A stretch of 64,000 nt of DNA from Phoronis australis (taxonomy: Eukaryota; Animalia; Phoronida). The position numbers and the translations under genes were made by a program. Each line of letters begins with the position of its first letter. Position 1 is the first letter of the stretch. The stretch spans positions 413,243 through 477,242 of the forward strand of contig NMRA01000130.1 of assembly GCA_002633005.1 (NCBI GenBank), in the 5' to 3' direction. Of this stretch, positions 46,088-59,353 are shown piece after piece. The notes below the pieces were generated by a model, which saw nothing but the letters and a program-made list of their open reading frames with translations, did no database searches and was not told the DNA's origin.

Positions 46088-48342
46088 TTAATCAACTATT
46101 CCTTTTGGCCTTATTACTGTCATTATCTTCAAAGGCCTCATGCATATTCAAGTCGCGATTATGCCGTCGATCCGGCTACTTGACACCCCTTTGGTAATGA
46201 ACTAATCCGAAAACGTGCGTTCACAGGGGAGCTATTGTCAACCACAAATGTTTTTGCTGTACGTTGGGTTTCTTTCCTCGACGTCTATTTTTATTGACTG
46301 ATACCCGCTAGGCCTTATTCTTTGTGCCGTCTAGTCGTAGGATACTAAATAGGTAATTAAAGGACCATTGACCGTGGCACTTTGACCTTCGTATCTGGGG
46401 TGCGACTGTTGAAATGTGACCCAGACGTGAGAACCATTCCCTAACAGACAGCCAGGGTAATAATCAAACAATGCAGAGTCCCGTGCAGTGTTCATTCGGT
46501 TGTGAAACTATTTTTATGTTTACTATGTTGATTGTGATTTATTGCAAATATTATAACACAAAGCTTTGAAACATTTTCTCCGGTGCAGCGTTGCCGAGCT
46601 GTTCTTTGTGCGATTACCTATAGAGTATATCAGTGTATAGTATCACGAGCTTAAAATTAATGTTTTAGTGTATTTCAAACCTTTGACGTAGGAAATCAAT
46701 TAAAATTTAATCCTTTCAACGGTTTCTGTGCTCTAAAGTATTTTTAAATATTGGGATTTTCCGCAAATAGTCCCCCGAATATAGACCACGGGCGGGCATA
46801 TATGTATTATATTTGGGGAACTAGAATATACGCCCTTAGGCTACTATTGGAAAGTCCTGGTACCATTCAAATCTGTGGCCAAGGCACCAATCAACGACGC
46901 TTAACTTAGTTTACACTGAATTCAAGCTGTTACCGTCGGTATCAGTAAGAACTTGTCTGCCTGTATGAGGAATTTTATCCCCTGGGAATCATGTATTGAA
47001 CTCTTCGACTTACTATAAGTTATTTTTCTGAATTTGTGTTTCTGTGTTACTATTTCCACGGTCTTTATGAGATTTCCGGCCAATTTAAGAAAGACCCAGT
47101 TTGGTAACATTCTGTGAAAACTATTTCTCCACTAATAATACACCAAGGGCTCGTTGCATCAAAGGTCATAAATTCAAGCCAAACGACGATCGAAACTTCG
47201 TACAATAACGTGACTTGTGGAGACAGTCGCTAAGTACGACTATTGGTGAAAAGAAAAATTATCAACTTAACGACAGTAACAATGATTTTGCTCTTCTTAA
47301 AAAACCAGCGTCGTGTATGGAATAACCGGTGATTGCCAACGGACCGTCTTAGCTACGACCGGGGCCCACAAACTTCAGTTTTATTCAACCCACACAGAAC
47401 AGTGTTGAGAACAATAGAAACACTTATAAAACTGAAATTAAGATTGCAGTTTTAGAAAAGATGTCTACATTTGAATCTATGAAGAACGGTTTTGACCATG
47501 CCACGAAACTTGACAGCGCTAATAGGCAACTTTCTTTCCGCACACTTCGGTCTGTATGGGTTTCTGGAGCTTCGGGCTTCAAGTTTGTCATTCAGTATAT
47601 GAAGCTCGCTCGAACTGACGTTGGACGTTGGGTAGAACGGGCTTTCCGACGGGCCCACAAATGGAAAAAAGGGGGGCGAGATGTGGGAAGCACGTCGGGT
47701 TGTGAAAGTATAGCGCCAGTATTTAATTTATCAACACGCCATTAAAAGTTGCTCAGCTTTTGAAACAGGAATAGTTAGCAATACAAAGCAACTTTGTCGA
47801 ATGAAAGTCGAACCATACATGCTCAGGAGCTGAATCAATTTTTCGCAAATTTATTTTCTGCCGAGTGCGGGCGTGTGCCTCCAGTAGCGTGACGGTAAAG
47901 ACAATAGTGTACACGTTTTACACACGATAAGAAAACGACATTCAGGAACACGCTTTGAGATCGCAAAATGAAAAGTTGTTCCGTCCTTCCCATCAAAATC
48001 CCGACCTTCCCAATTTCTCGTCGCCGTGTCCTAGTTGGCGAATCGTTTTGTGTCTTTACCGTCGAAAAGTTCTCCGTACTCACGTATTTTCGTATCGTTT
48101 TCGAAAAGTTCTAGTCAACGCCAATACGGCGATAATAGAGAGGTTTTGCAAAGTGACGTGAACGTGCATTATGACGCATACTTAATTGCGCGTGCCGATT
48201 CACGTTACCGCAACAAAAATGGGTTTCGCAACAGCTAAATTTTTACAAGAACGTGAAAGTAAACGTGAACTGAATAACTGAGCTCAGAATGTCCAGTTAT
48301 CGTAGTACATAATATGTACTACCATAACTAGACATCCTGATA

Positions 48343-48694
48343 ATAGTGAGGTTTCGCAAAGCGACGTGAACGGCAGAAAAAGATTTTGGAAAGCGAGCTT
48401 TATTGCAAATTAACTTTGAGAATATTTATAGACAAAAAAATCGTGTTCCTTTTATACTAAAGCAAAGAAGAAAGATCGAGAACCCTAACAAAATAAAAAT
48501 CGTTTCGATGTCTTGCCAAATAAGACTTAAAAAGGGCCGCAGGTTTCGCGTTCAAATCGACGCGAATCTCTCTGTATTCTCGTAAAGTACGCAAACACTA
48601 TAGGGATTACGTCACAGCCAACAGTGGCATGTATGACGCGGAATTATACAAGCGTGATAATTCACGTTCTCGTCGCTTTGCGACACCTCTCTAT
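48343..48694. mobile_element. MITE-like element (atagtgaggtttcgcaaagcgacg TIR) with an extra end at ~48135
   Basis: Inverted ends atagtgaggtttcgcaaagcgacgtgaacg / cgttctcgtcgctttgcgacacctctctat. Confidence 0.55.
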
Positions 48695-50545
48695 TTTTAA
48701 TAGACAGAAAACGCAACTTTTAATACGATCGTGACGTCAGCGTTTTCAATAACTCGCGTTTTCGTCTGTCCACACGAGTACATAAATGTCGCCTTTTCAA
48801 AACATTCCACTATGGAGAGCATTTTCGGCAGTTTGAGTTTACGGTTACCGAATTCAGCAAATACGTCTGGAAGGAAGCTGAATCGGTAAAGAAAAGGCTT
48901 AATTTTTAAATGTTTGCTTTTTAAAAAGCGTGTGTTTATTCTTTTCCTAATTCAATGGACACAAGTGGACAGAAGGCGTATCTGTAAAGTTGCGTTTACA
49001 ACTGAAAACGGAGTCGTGTGGACAGGGCCTAATACACCTGATGTGCGTAAGTGTGACCTCAAGACACAAATTTCGTTAATAAAAAATATCAAATGTAAGT
49101 TAATGTTAAATATCAAATGTAAGTTAGTGTTAGTAGGTGATCGGATTTCGTCGGGTTCGGCTTCATGCCAGGCCCGTAGCCAGTGGCATGGGCGGATGCA
49201 AGAGTTAAGGGTTTCCGGACCCCCTCCCTTTTTCACTTGATTTTAGAGATATCAAATCTAGAATTTAAAAATTGTTGACTTGGATGACCCTTTTTAAAAA
49301 TCCTTGATCCGACCCCCTTTTAAAAAAAACCTGGTTCCTTGTGTAGAGGGTGGTTCAAATTTCTAAAACGGTGGACCTTTTGGTTATATTTCGCAAACAC
49401 CGGCACTGTATTTTTCGGTAGCGCCCTTACGCAGCTAAGCTCTGCGGAAGGGAAATCCGTATACACGACGATGACTATCAGCTGCAGGCCTATCCCACAA
49501 AGGAGGATGCCATGATGGTTACTCCCACAAAACGAGTCCCAAATTCCGGTGTAATGTGGTCCAGAAAGTTCTCTTTCTGGATGACTGAGCGTTACCCTCT
49601 GACAAACTTTCGAACCATGCGTGCTTAAATGAGTGATTATTGAAACACCATGATCGGAAGGAAATATTTAGTCGGAGAATGACTTGACGAAAGTTTGTCT
49701 GGGTGTACATGCAATTTTGCATCGTGATGCTTGAGTTACTCATGGCGTTTAGGGAAATGGGAACAGTTCACTACTACGAAAGTTCACAAGCCCGCAAATA
49801 TATGAAATTTCGACCTCAGGTGTCATTTTTATACTTCCATATGTAAAAATAGACGATACTTCGGCTTCTATGGATGCAGTGGCCGGTGTAATTATACCGA
49901 AAACAACGCTCGGGTTCTAATACACAATGTTTGGTGTACTTACGCAGGCAAAATTGGGCTACAAGGCATGTCTTATGAATTCGAAAAAAATAATAAGTAC
50001 TTGCATTTTTAAACGAATATGAAGTAGGAATATTGATGAATTATCAACCACGATGCATTTACAAATCCATGTCAAGTTTGCAAAATTTCACAGTGCGACT
50101 GAAAAGTTTATCCGATACTTCAAAGACCCACCGCACCGGAATTGCGAGCATGACCGGGTCGAAACTAAATGTAGTAGACTACCCTATCCGTGCTAATTTT
50201 TACGAAGTCAGAGAGTCACATCCAGTGTTCTCAAATTAAAGCCGTCCGTTAGTCGCCGCAGCCTCGGAGAAATTTAAATATTCCCGTGCCCCAGATGTCC
50301 CTGTTTGAGTATGATTAATTTTAGATTCAAGAATCACGATTGTTAGTGATTTGAACTGAGCTCATTTCCGTAACAGGCAATCAATGCTTAAAGAACTGTT
50401 CAACTTTTGCACACTCTTTAAATGGTTACTATGTGGTCACAAATACAACATTTCATGTACGTCACTTCCGCCTCATAAGCAGACATTCAGAGTAATAAAG
50501 TGTCATAATTGGAACTTAGCTGGTTTTGGAATAGTACATTCGTAG

Positions 50546-50762
50546 CATGCGCGCACCCAGCCTCCAATATCGGGGGGGGGGCTCGAATTCCTGACGTTGT
50601 GGACCTTTCGGGCGGACTAAAAAAAAAAAANTGTGCTTGTTTAGTGGACTTTTGTCTCATTCTCTCGGACTTTTTGTTTCTCAGAGGAGGACCTTTATAC
50701 CCACTTCGCCAAGGGGGGGGGGCTCCTTCGAGCCCCCCGAGCCCCCTGTGGGTGCGCGCATG
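50546..50762. mobile_element. MITE family C copy
   Basis: TSD CGTAG; perfect TIR catgcgcgcaccca / tgggtgcgcgcatg; internal homology to the 29603 and 44800 copies. Confidence 0.85.
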
Positions 50763-52687
50763 CGTAGTGACAGACATTAGGAGCAGTGAACCTTCTGAGT
50801 AATCATATAACCTTGCAAATCTCTTCCATCAAATGTACTGGGTGCATGAAGTAGGTGAGGTAGTGCGCCATTGATAAATCAAGGGCGGCGCAGTACTGAA
50901 ATAAGTGGTGGGCTATAGCCTCCCCACCAGCCCCCTATAGTTCACCGCCCATGGCAATAGTTTAAACGAGGAGACTTCTTCATTGACTAAAGGTTTTTAT
51001 TAGGTCTAAACCTACATTTTGCAAATAATGTGAATGTGCTCGTCTGCGGGATTTTCTCGGTACAAGAACACACGGTAGTGAGATGTCTACTTTTTTGAGC
51101 AACGGCAGAAGACTGCCTGTTGAAGATACGAGTACTGAATATAAAGAAAATGAAAACCCACACATCACATATGCATAGTAATCCACCAATCCACAGCCAA
51201 AGCGTGCACTGAATTAACAACATATTCGACGATCACTTTGGATTCGAAATTCAAAAAGCCAACAGGGCACTAGGCCGAAATAACAGAAAACAAACTTATA
51301 TTTGGCTGTTTTGTTGATTGATCGATTTTAAGGCAGTCACATTTTACTTTTTGGGATCTCTCGCTGGTATGTAGGTATAGACATTTATTTCTTGGCCCTT
51401 GTTTTCCTATCATATAGTCACCACGCACTTTCAATGTAAATAGTAGTCAGTGGTCAATAACAAAACGTCCTCTAATCGTCTGCACGAGCCTGCCATCTAC
51501 GCAAACACATATGGTGACACCTGACAATTGCCCCGTCGGTACGACCCGAAGGGATTACTGACGTAAAGCGCTTAGAATCAGAAGCCCGGCAATTCGAAAT
51601 TAGTACCAACTTGATTAGTATTGTAGTTAGTAAAACCAGTAATAACTACAATCAGGAAGATCTCTTCCTGCTACAATTAATATTTTGTTGTAGTTGTTCA
51701 TATGTATCCTATCCGTAATGGATATTTTGGGGCCGGATTTTTTTCGCGGGGGGCCGGAGGGGGTTCGATCGAACTTCCCCTCTGGCAACGGGCCTATATG
51801 ATAAAGTTGTTCAGCATTGACTCTTAGCTATCACGGTTGTTTCGGCTCGATCTTACCGAAACCCATGACCTAAGAACACGTCAAGGTGATATCAAGCCAA
51901 GTCACTGCATCATGTGGCATTTTCCGAAACCAGTAGCCTAAGTTTCCCGGTTTGAGAGCGGAAATTCAATTTGGGACCCTAGTTTCGATATTTTATTGCC
52001 ACAGACTACAATGTTTGTTTACCGTGTGTACGTCATTCAAGTTTTTGCAGAAATTTTGGGATGTACACCGAAGCCAGTGTTCGATCGCACCGTTCTCGTC
52101 AGGGCGATCATTCGTGTAGCTGACGATGACGCAAAGCCCAGCATCGTGTCCAAAATGCGAATTTGAGGCTCTCCTGAACTTTTCACCGGAATCCATCTGT
52201 GAGTGACGGTCCTATTGATACATTTGCAATCAAAACTAAGAACGTGACTTCCTTCCTGGTGTCGTATCAGTGGGCTGCTCCAACCTTGTCGTTATTGCAT
52301 TTCAGTGCTGGAAATATGCAACATATTGGCCTCGAGTCAGAGGCAGTCAAAAATTGTGTAGTAAACAAGTTAGTAAATCTTTCAATTTTATATCCAATAC
52401 AAACTGGATTTAACGGTAAGATAGAATAAATACAAAGTAATTCGCGGTTTGCTAAAAATATTTAGATTTATAAAACAATTTGCGAACACTCTTTGGAAGT
52501 TAAAAACATAGAAGGAACTTCACCAGTCAAAAAGATGTCACCAAAAATAATAAATTTTTTTTTTCGTAAATGGCAGCCCTTCATGGAGGTCTCTGTTCGG
52601 ATTTTTTGCTATCAACTCATCTAGATTAAAAGAGAAATCAAAGACATTCACTGACTGTCATTGACGACCACTTTGTCGGTGAAACAC

Positions 52688-52850
52688 CAGTGGCAGATTT
52701 AAGGGGGGGGGGGGGGGCAAGGGGGCCATGGCCCCTCTAAAATTCTCCCACATTCCATTTGACACTGCGAGGGTGCGAATGTCTGAAGGGCAAAATCCTA
52801 GCTAATCCTCTGTCCTGCCCCCCCAACTCAAAATCATGGATCCACCCCTG
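52688..52850. mobile_element. MITE family D copy
   Basis: cagtggcagattt...ggatccacccctg; flanks AACAC/AATAC; collinear with the 38321 copy. Confidence 0.75.
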
Positions 52851-55749
52851 AATACAAGAAATTCATCACGAATTAAAGTTCAAATCCACATTATTTCTTT
52901 TTCGAAAAGTGACGGGTTGTTGAAACGAACAAGTGTAAAGGCCTTTATGTCGTGTTTTGAGAAAGCCAAGACGGAATCGGTATATTGGATGCGTCAGCAA
53001 ACTTCATAATTGCCGTGGAAGAACTGAATATAATATTATGCAGACTTTTATCTCCTAATTATTTATATCTTAATATCGCAAGTCAGGGTAATTCGATTTA
53101 ACAATATCTCAAATCTCATTCACAAAAATTGACCGTTTTTTACAATATTTCCTATAAGCGTTGCAAAATACATTATCTTCGTTCTCATGGAACTTCAAAT
53201 GCGAAATATATACCGTATTGCGAGAAAAAAAGATATAATACACGTAAATGGTAACTTTTAGGCACCATGTGATTCTGGGCATTGGGTTGCAAGTATAAGC
53301 TTACTGGCTGATATGTTTTAGTTCTAATGAATGTTTGCCAGTAACTCGGTTCAGTACGCTTACATATTATTTAATGAAAATTCAGATTCTGTTGAAATAT
53401 TAAATTAAAGCTTTAACGGTGCCGTTGAACGTGAGGCCAGCCCGCATTACATTGTACGTGGTTCAGGGAAAACTTCACACCTGCTAGTATTGCGCAGAGA
53501 ACCGATCAATCAAATTCCAACAACAGATGAACGAGGTGACAAATGAAAATCAAATAAATAAAATAGATATTAAACATAGGGCAACGCTCTGCAGTCTATT
53601 GTCAACCACGCCCGCAGCTCGTTTCAGCGAACGTCCACCACAAAATAGCCTGTTGTCAGTTATTTTTAGGTTAGGTTGCATGCAGTCTCTGTTATTCTGT
53701 CTCAGTGGATAAAATGGACTCTGATCTGCCACAAAATGTCATGCGCATTTTTTGTCAATGTAAATACTTTTTGAGATGCCTTTTCCCCGCGTGTAAATTT
53801 ACAACGCACTACGCTTATAAGGTGCCCGTGTGTCCCTGATATTACCAAATCTTTCACACGTAAGTGATCTCCTAACGTTCGTATTTGCTGTAAGGAGTGT
53901 CACCTGGTTTATGTACAAAAACTACTCCACAACACGATGGGAGCCCATTCTTCAAGCGCTTTCACAAAGGCTTTTTAACTGTACAAAGTTGCAAGTTTTA
54001 GCCAAATACTAGAAAATTACAGCACTCGAAGTTTCAGCATTTATCCTGTTTGTTTCTTTACGATACAAGTGATACAATCAAAGAAACAGCGATTTGTGTT
54101 GCTGATTTACCTAAGCCAAAATGTCGGAACTTCTAACAGCAAAATTGATGATTTACTACATATCCAGGTTTTTTGCAAGCCTTTCAATTCCCGTACATAT
54201 AACGAACACATTTTCACCCCATGGTAACGAATTGCAATGGCAAACCGCTACGAGTCTCATGAACTTAAATTGTGGCTTGCACAATGCAACGCAAGATCTC
54301 TGCTGTGGTAAACATTTGCAGTCAGCGGCATCGAAGCAGGGCTAAAATGAGATTGAACTCGCTAATGGGGGCGTCTCGATTCGACGCGACCAGAAAAATC
54401 AATACTCTCTCCCACGAGCTATATATTGAGTGAAACATGAAATCGTCTTGCCAGCAAGCTGAGCCCGCAGACATATCATTTTGTTGAGCAGGTGTTTCGC
54501 GAGTATTTTTTTCGAGGAAGTAGTTTTGTGCGGCAGCTTCGACAGACATGCTAGTTTCTAGTCCACAGATCGTCATTCAAAGTCCATGACACTGCTGTCA
54601 ACATGTGATGCACCTCTCGTTCGACTGTGATGTATTTTACAGTTAATTCTTTGGGGCACCAACAATGAACGAAAAATTTCCTTCCCATAATCTAGTCTTC
54701 GGGTTACCGATCCGCTCATTTTCCCACACTAATTCCATGTTTCCGTTGTCACGAGCAATTTTGACAGGGACTTCATCTATGAGAACATCTCCATCAAAGT
54801 CGAATTAGAAAAAAAAAAAAAAACATTCCCAGTGACCTTCCATACTTTATGCCAGAGGACTTAATATTCGAATTTAACAACTATAATTGGGTACAACGAG
54901 ACATTTAAAAACAGACCAAGACGCTCTTTGATGACAACCAACTTAGTCGCTGGGGCATTCCAACTTGTCGCTTGGTGCGTGACAGTAACAGCGGTGAATA
55001 TTGAGTTTAACCCCCATATCTACAGGACAATGTTTAGGCGCTGATAAGAATGCCATTGTTGAGGCCGCTAAGCATTAAACTGCCCCACCCTTGACCCTGG
55101 TTATCCACCACTATGTGACAGTTAATAACTCGAGAGTGGGTTGTCAGCTGCACGAAGTTAGATCGGAAATTTAATCACGCACAACGACCTGCAGTTATGA
55201 AAAAATGAAATAACAAGCTGGCATTGGAGGGCTGAAACAACCTTCATTCAGTTGTCATTGGGCTTTTGTCCTAGAAAATAATCACGACAAGACTTCAAAA
55301 AGAAGTGTTAGCAATACCAGCAACAAAAATCAAGTAGTGAAAATAATTCACAAAATTTTATTTTCCTCCTATGACAATATGGTCGGTAAGGCCACGGTCG
55401 GGTAGTTCTAAGATCTGCGAACGAAACATTAACCCTGTTTTTTATCACTTACCACTCCAATGAGTCAAAGCAATATCGTACGCCAGACTCATATGAGACC
55501 TCAGCCCATATACCGTCTGGCGGGCATCCAACACTCCAGAACGACTAAGGGTCAGGGCAGGCAAGTCCTTTGTTGTGAGGGATGCCAGTCTTCAAAACAT
55601 GGGAATATTCTTATTGTTGTCAATCCTTTGTTATGCAATTAGTTCACTCTGCCAAAACCAGTAGGTAACAATTCTTTACCGGCTTAGAACACGAGTTCTG
55701 TCAGCGTTGAAAGACGTTCATGACTTTCAACTGGTGTGTTAGTACTTGA

Positions 55750-56081
55750 CCTCCCCCCAGCGTACAAGTCGCCCGCGTTATTTATGCAGTTGTGTGGCAC
55801 GAATGCATTCCCCACGCCCTCCAGGGGGAAATACGTCACTAGCCAGTGAACTACCCACGACGTGTGGAGCTCACGTGGGGTCGGTATATCCAATCAGGGG
55901 AGGGATTTGAGTCTTGACATGAATGATTGATTCCTTATATGGATAATAGCCAGACAGACCCCCACCCTAATAATCATATTATAGGGGACGGGGATATTGA
56001 ATATCGCCCGACACTACACAAAGAAACCAACCTTTCTTGGGGAATACTGCTTGTCGTTCATACTTACGGTGATAGGTAAGT
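55750..56081 (+). promoter_or_regulatory. Putative NAB promoter / first non-coding exon with CArG box, CCAAT, E-box and CRE-like site
   Basis: Perfect CC(A/T)6GG CArG box CCTTATATGG at 55933-55942, CCAAT at ~55890, CACGTG at ~55872 and TACGTCA at ~55832, in a locally GC-richer stretch. A consensus donor AG|GTAAGT lies at 56075/56076. TSS position is inferred. Confidence 0.4.
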
Positions 56082-58092
56082 GTTATCAGGAAACTGACTA
56101 TATTCTGATATCTTGATAGTGACTACGTTGTGGAATACGGAGGATATTCATATAGAAATTTCTATTACAAAAAACGACCCAGGGGTCAACTCGGCATTCA
56201 GTCGAGAGTTCGTTCGTTTGGTCGCTCCGACGGACTGCAAACTGGCATTAATTGTAGGATTTGAGTTACCTGTACACGATTCCCTTGTCAACCTATATGT
56301 GTATAGATCATAAGTAGATAACATTTGTCCCACAACGTAGTATTTCATATGTTTGTATCCGAGATTTAATGTCGAAAGTGAACCAACCGCATTGTGTCGA
56401 CCGGATGACCTTGTCCTTGACGCTTTGTTTAGTGCGCCATGGCTTGTCTTTCGGATTGAGCATGAATATGACAAAAACCGAGAAACCTACCGTATCCATT
56501 TGGTTTGTTATTGAATGAGCCTTCGAAGACCAAGTGATTTTGTTCAGATTTATTGTAAATCAGCTGACTGATTATTACGTCATGCGTATTTCCTTTGTTA
56601 TCGACAGAGGTCGCAGTTGAATAGTTTGTTTATGTTTGATTCTTGTCACTATCATGGTCACTATTGTGTGCTTCACCTTTATCTGTTAGACAAAAATAGT
56701 CTGCCACTTTTATTCCTTTAGAATTTTTTGATGTAAACAGTGTTTTGATAAAATGTTGTAGTGTTTGAAGATAGGCCTCTTTGCCTTTTCCTGTTTGTTT
56801 GAACTCCAGGTATGTCTTGCACCACTAAAGTTATATATTCAAATATTAACATTGGCAACCTCATTTGTCCATAAATCTTTTTTAGAGAATCGGTATCAAA
56901 TTTGACTGATGCACTTTGTTGCTTATTGGGGAGGAGTCTTTTTTATGAAGTAATATTTTGCGACAAGTAATATTCAGGACCTTCGACAACTCAATTTCGA
57001 GGCCTAATATCGGCCACATTAATAATTCCCCTATGAAAAATATTTGTAAATCATGCAAAATTCCCTTCATCAGCCTTCACCAGGCTCAAAAATTCCCCTC
57101 TGATGAATTGAAAAATTCCTCTCTAGGCAAGAATCTGCAGTGCACTAGTTTTGGCTACTTGAGGTGTTGCCAGTGGCGGTGGCCACCAGGGGTGGAATTG
57201 GTGATAACCTTGAGGGGAGGGTTTGTTGATTTCCCCTCAATCAAAAAAATTACCTTCCTAGAAGGCACAAGCACCACTCCTCCGAGGGCCGTGATGCAAT
57301 AAACTTTTAACGAAGTTAGAAGTATTAATATGCTTGTGTTATTAAAATTTTAAGTTTCTAACCCCGCATACACTTCGTTTGATGCATTCCAGTTGACACC
57401 ATCTGGTGCACTGACCTTGAGTGTGCTGTGCTTAGTTATGTGGAATGATTATTTAAGCAGGAAGTGCACTGCAAATGTCGCTGTGCAAAAAGATAAATTC
57501 ATCAAAGAGCAAGGAGTAGATGTGGACTTTAGCTCGTATTCTTTGATAGTTGACCACGTTTGGTGAATCGCCGTTCTAGAATTTTTCTGAAATTATCTCT
57601 TTGAATGCCCATGTTTGCTTTACACCTAGTACCCGCCCCTGAATTTTTGTATTTCTCTCCTTAATTCCATGGGGTGCATTGCGTAGACACTCTTGAAGAA
57701 CTTGCGGTGAGAAATCTCCATCCCATAATTCAACATTACAACCTGACTGACCAATCACTTTAATAGTCGTCATTTTGCAAGGGTAGGTTAGTAAGCTCCT
57801 GAGTATATCCACACAACACTTGCCTTTCCCTCACGTGATTTTGCGTAGTCTGAGGGGATCTTTCTTTTACCCGAGTTTATCTTACGTAATGTGTCCCCTG
57901 GACGAGTATGCTGGAATTGTAGGACGTCAGATTAATTGTTTTTAAGAGCTTTCAGCAAGTACCCTGAGGACCCCGTGCATACACCTGTTGGTGTGATAAG
58001 ATAGCACCAGTGTTGCAAAGTCTTGTACACATTTATGCTTAATTTTCTGGCATCGTTTTGCTGTACTTTTAGATGGTGAATAGACGGTTGTA

Positions 58093-59353
58093 ATGACTAC
58101 AAGCCAGCCCACCAGCTCATCAGAGCTTCAACTGTACAGGGTGTTGCAACGTGCCAACCTTCTACAGTACTATGACACCTTCATTTCACAAGGTTTGTCT
58201 GACTGTCAATCTAAATAAAAAGAAATCACCGGTGGATCTAGGATATCCTAAGGGGCCCATCCACAATTTTATATGGTAATTCCGTGTTAGCCCTAAAAAT
58301 GGCGTGCTGAAGGTGTTTTTTGTGGGTCCTGTATATAGGGGGAACCCGGATCCCAGGGTCATTCCCTAAATCTACCTGTGTGAATTTGTCAAAACACGTT
58401 CTTCATTTGATAACTGTACACACAATGCCGTAGCCAAGGACTCGCTTTATGGCAGGTTGCATGCCTGGTCATGTTTGGGACATTCATAAAACCCTTTTGG
58501 GGAGTTGCGGTCTGTATGAGGGGTTAACTTCGGTCCTGTATCGAAGTTAACAGCGCCAGTTCACTTGGGTTTAAACAGTTGGATGTAACAGCGAAGTGTT
58601 GATGCTGTAGTGGGGTATGAACGGGTGGCTTTGGTCTCATTGAAGTTAGCACCAGGGGCCACTGACATCGTCAACAAGTAAGGGGAAGTGTCTTTGCATC
58701 TATTTGCTAATTTTTGGTGGAATAATCACCAATCGAATCAGAAATAAGTTCTACGTCAATTATAACACGTAAATGTTCCCAAATTGTCATGTTAAAAAAT
58801 CTTAGCGCGCACGGGATGCGTCAGCTCTATCTTGCGATTACCATTTACTTCGATGTCTTTACCTAAACATCATTCAACAAAGAATGGACTCACCGGAGAC
58901 AGCCCAAGAGTTTTTATCTCTACGGCGAAGGATGTTAAAGTTCAGTCTCCGATGAGTTGCCAGCAGCCACTGGTACGGTGCGCGGCTTTAGACGCTCTGC
59001 GGCTGGGTTGAAAATTTTAGAAACGCTAAAGCGGAAGCTGATATAAACTGTTCAATTAACTTAGCAGTTTACAATGACACTTCGCTCATAGCAGAGTTAG
59101 GTTAGCATGAAAGGGCGAGGTTAGTCAGGTCTCGTTTGCACACTACTTTAGAATGTAGACACACGACTCCATTAGAAACCCTTTAAAAGCAAAAAAATCT
59201 TTCATCCGTCAACAGGTGGCGATGATGTCCAACAGCTTTGTGAAGCGGGAGAGGAGGAGTTTCTAGAGATCATGGCTCTCGTTGGCATGGCGTCCAAACC
59301 TCTTCATGTCCGACGACTTCAGAAGGCTCTTCAAGAGTGGGTCACAAACCCCA
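58093..59353 (+). CDS. NAB: NGFI-A binding protein (NAB1/NAB2-like EGR co-repressor), first two coding exons (NCD1 domain); continues beyond window
   Basis: Exons 58093-58192 (acceptor AG 58071-72, in-frame TAG upstream of the ATG) and 59216-59353. They translate to [33 protein letters not shown]|[46 protein letters not shown], which closely matches the NAB NCD1 sequence as I recall it. Confidence 0.95.

Noticed and set aside
50631-50631. Single N in the sequence
   Set aside because: It is an assembly ambiguity after a poly-A run within a MITE and has no biological meaning.
54322-54810. Protein-like open stretches on the minus strand next to an A16 run
   Set aside because: No recognisable domain, interrupted by a stop codon, and no convincing splice sites; cannot be supported without a homology search.
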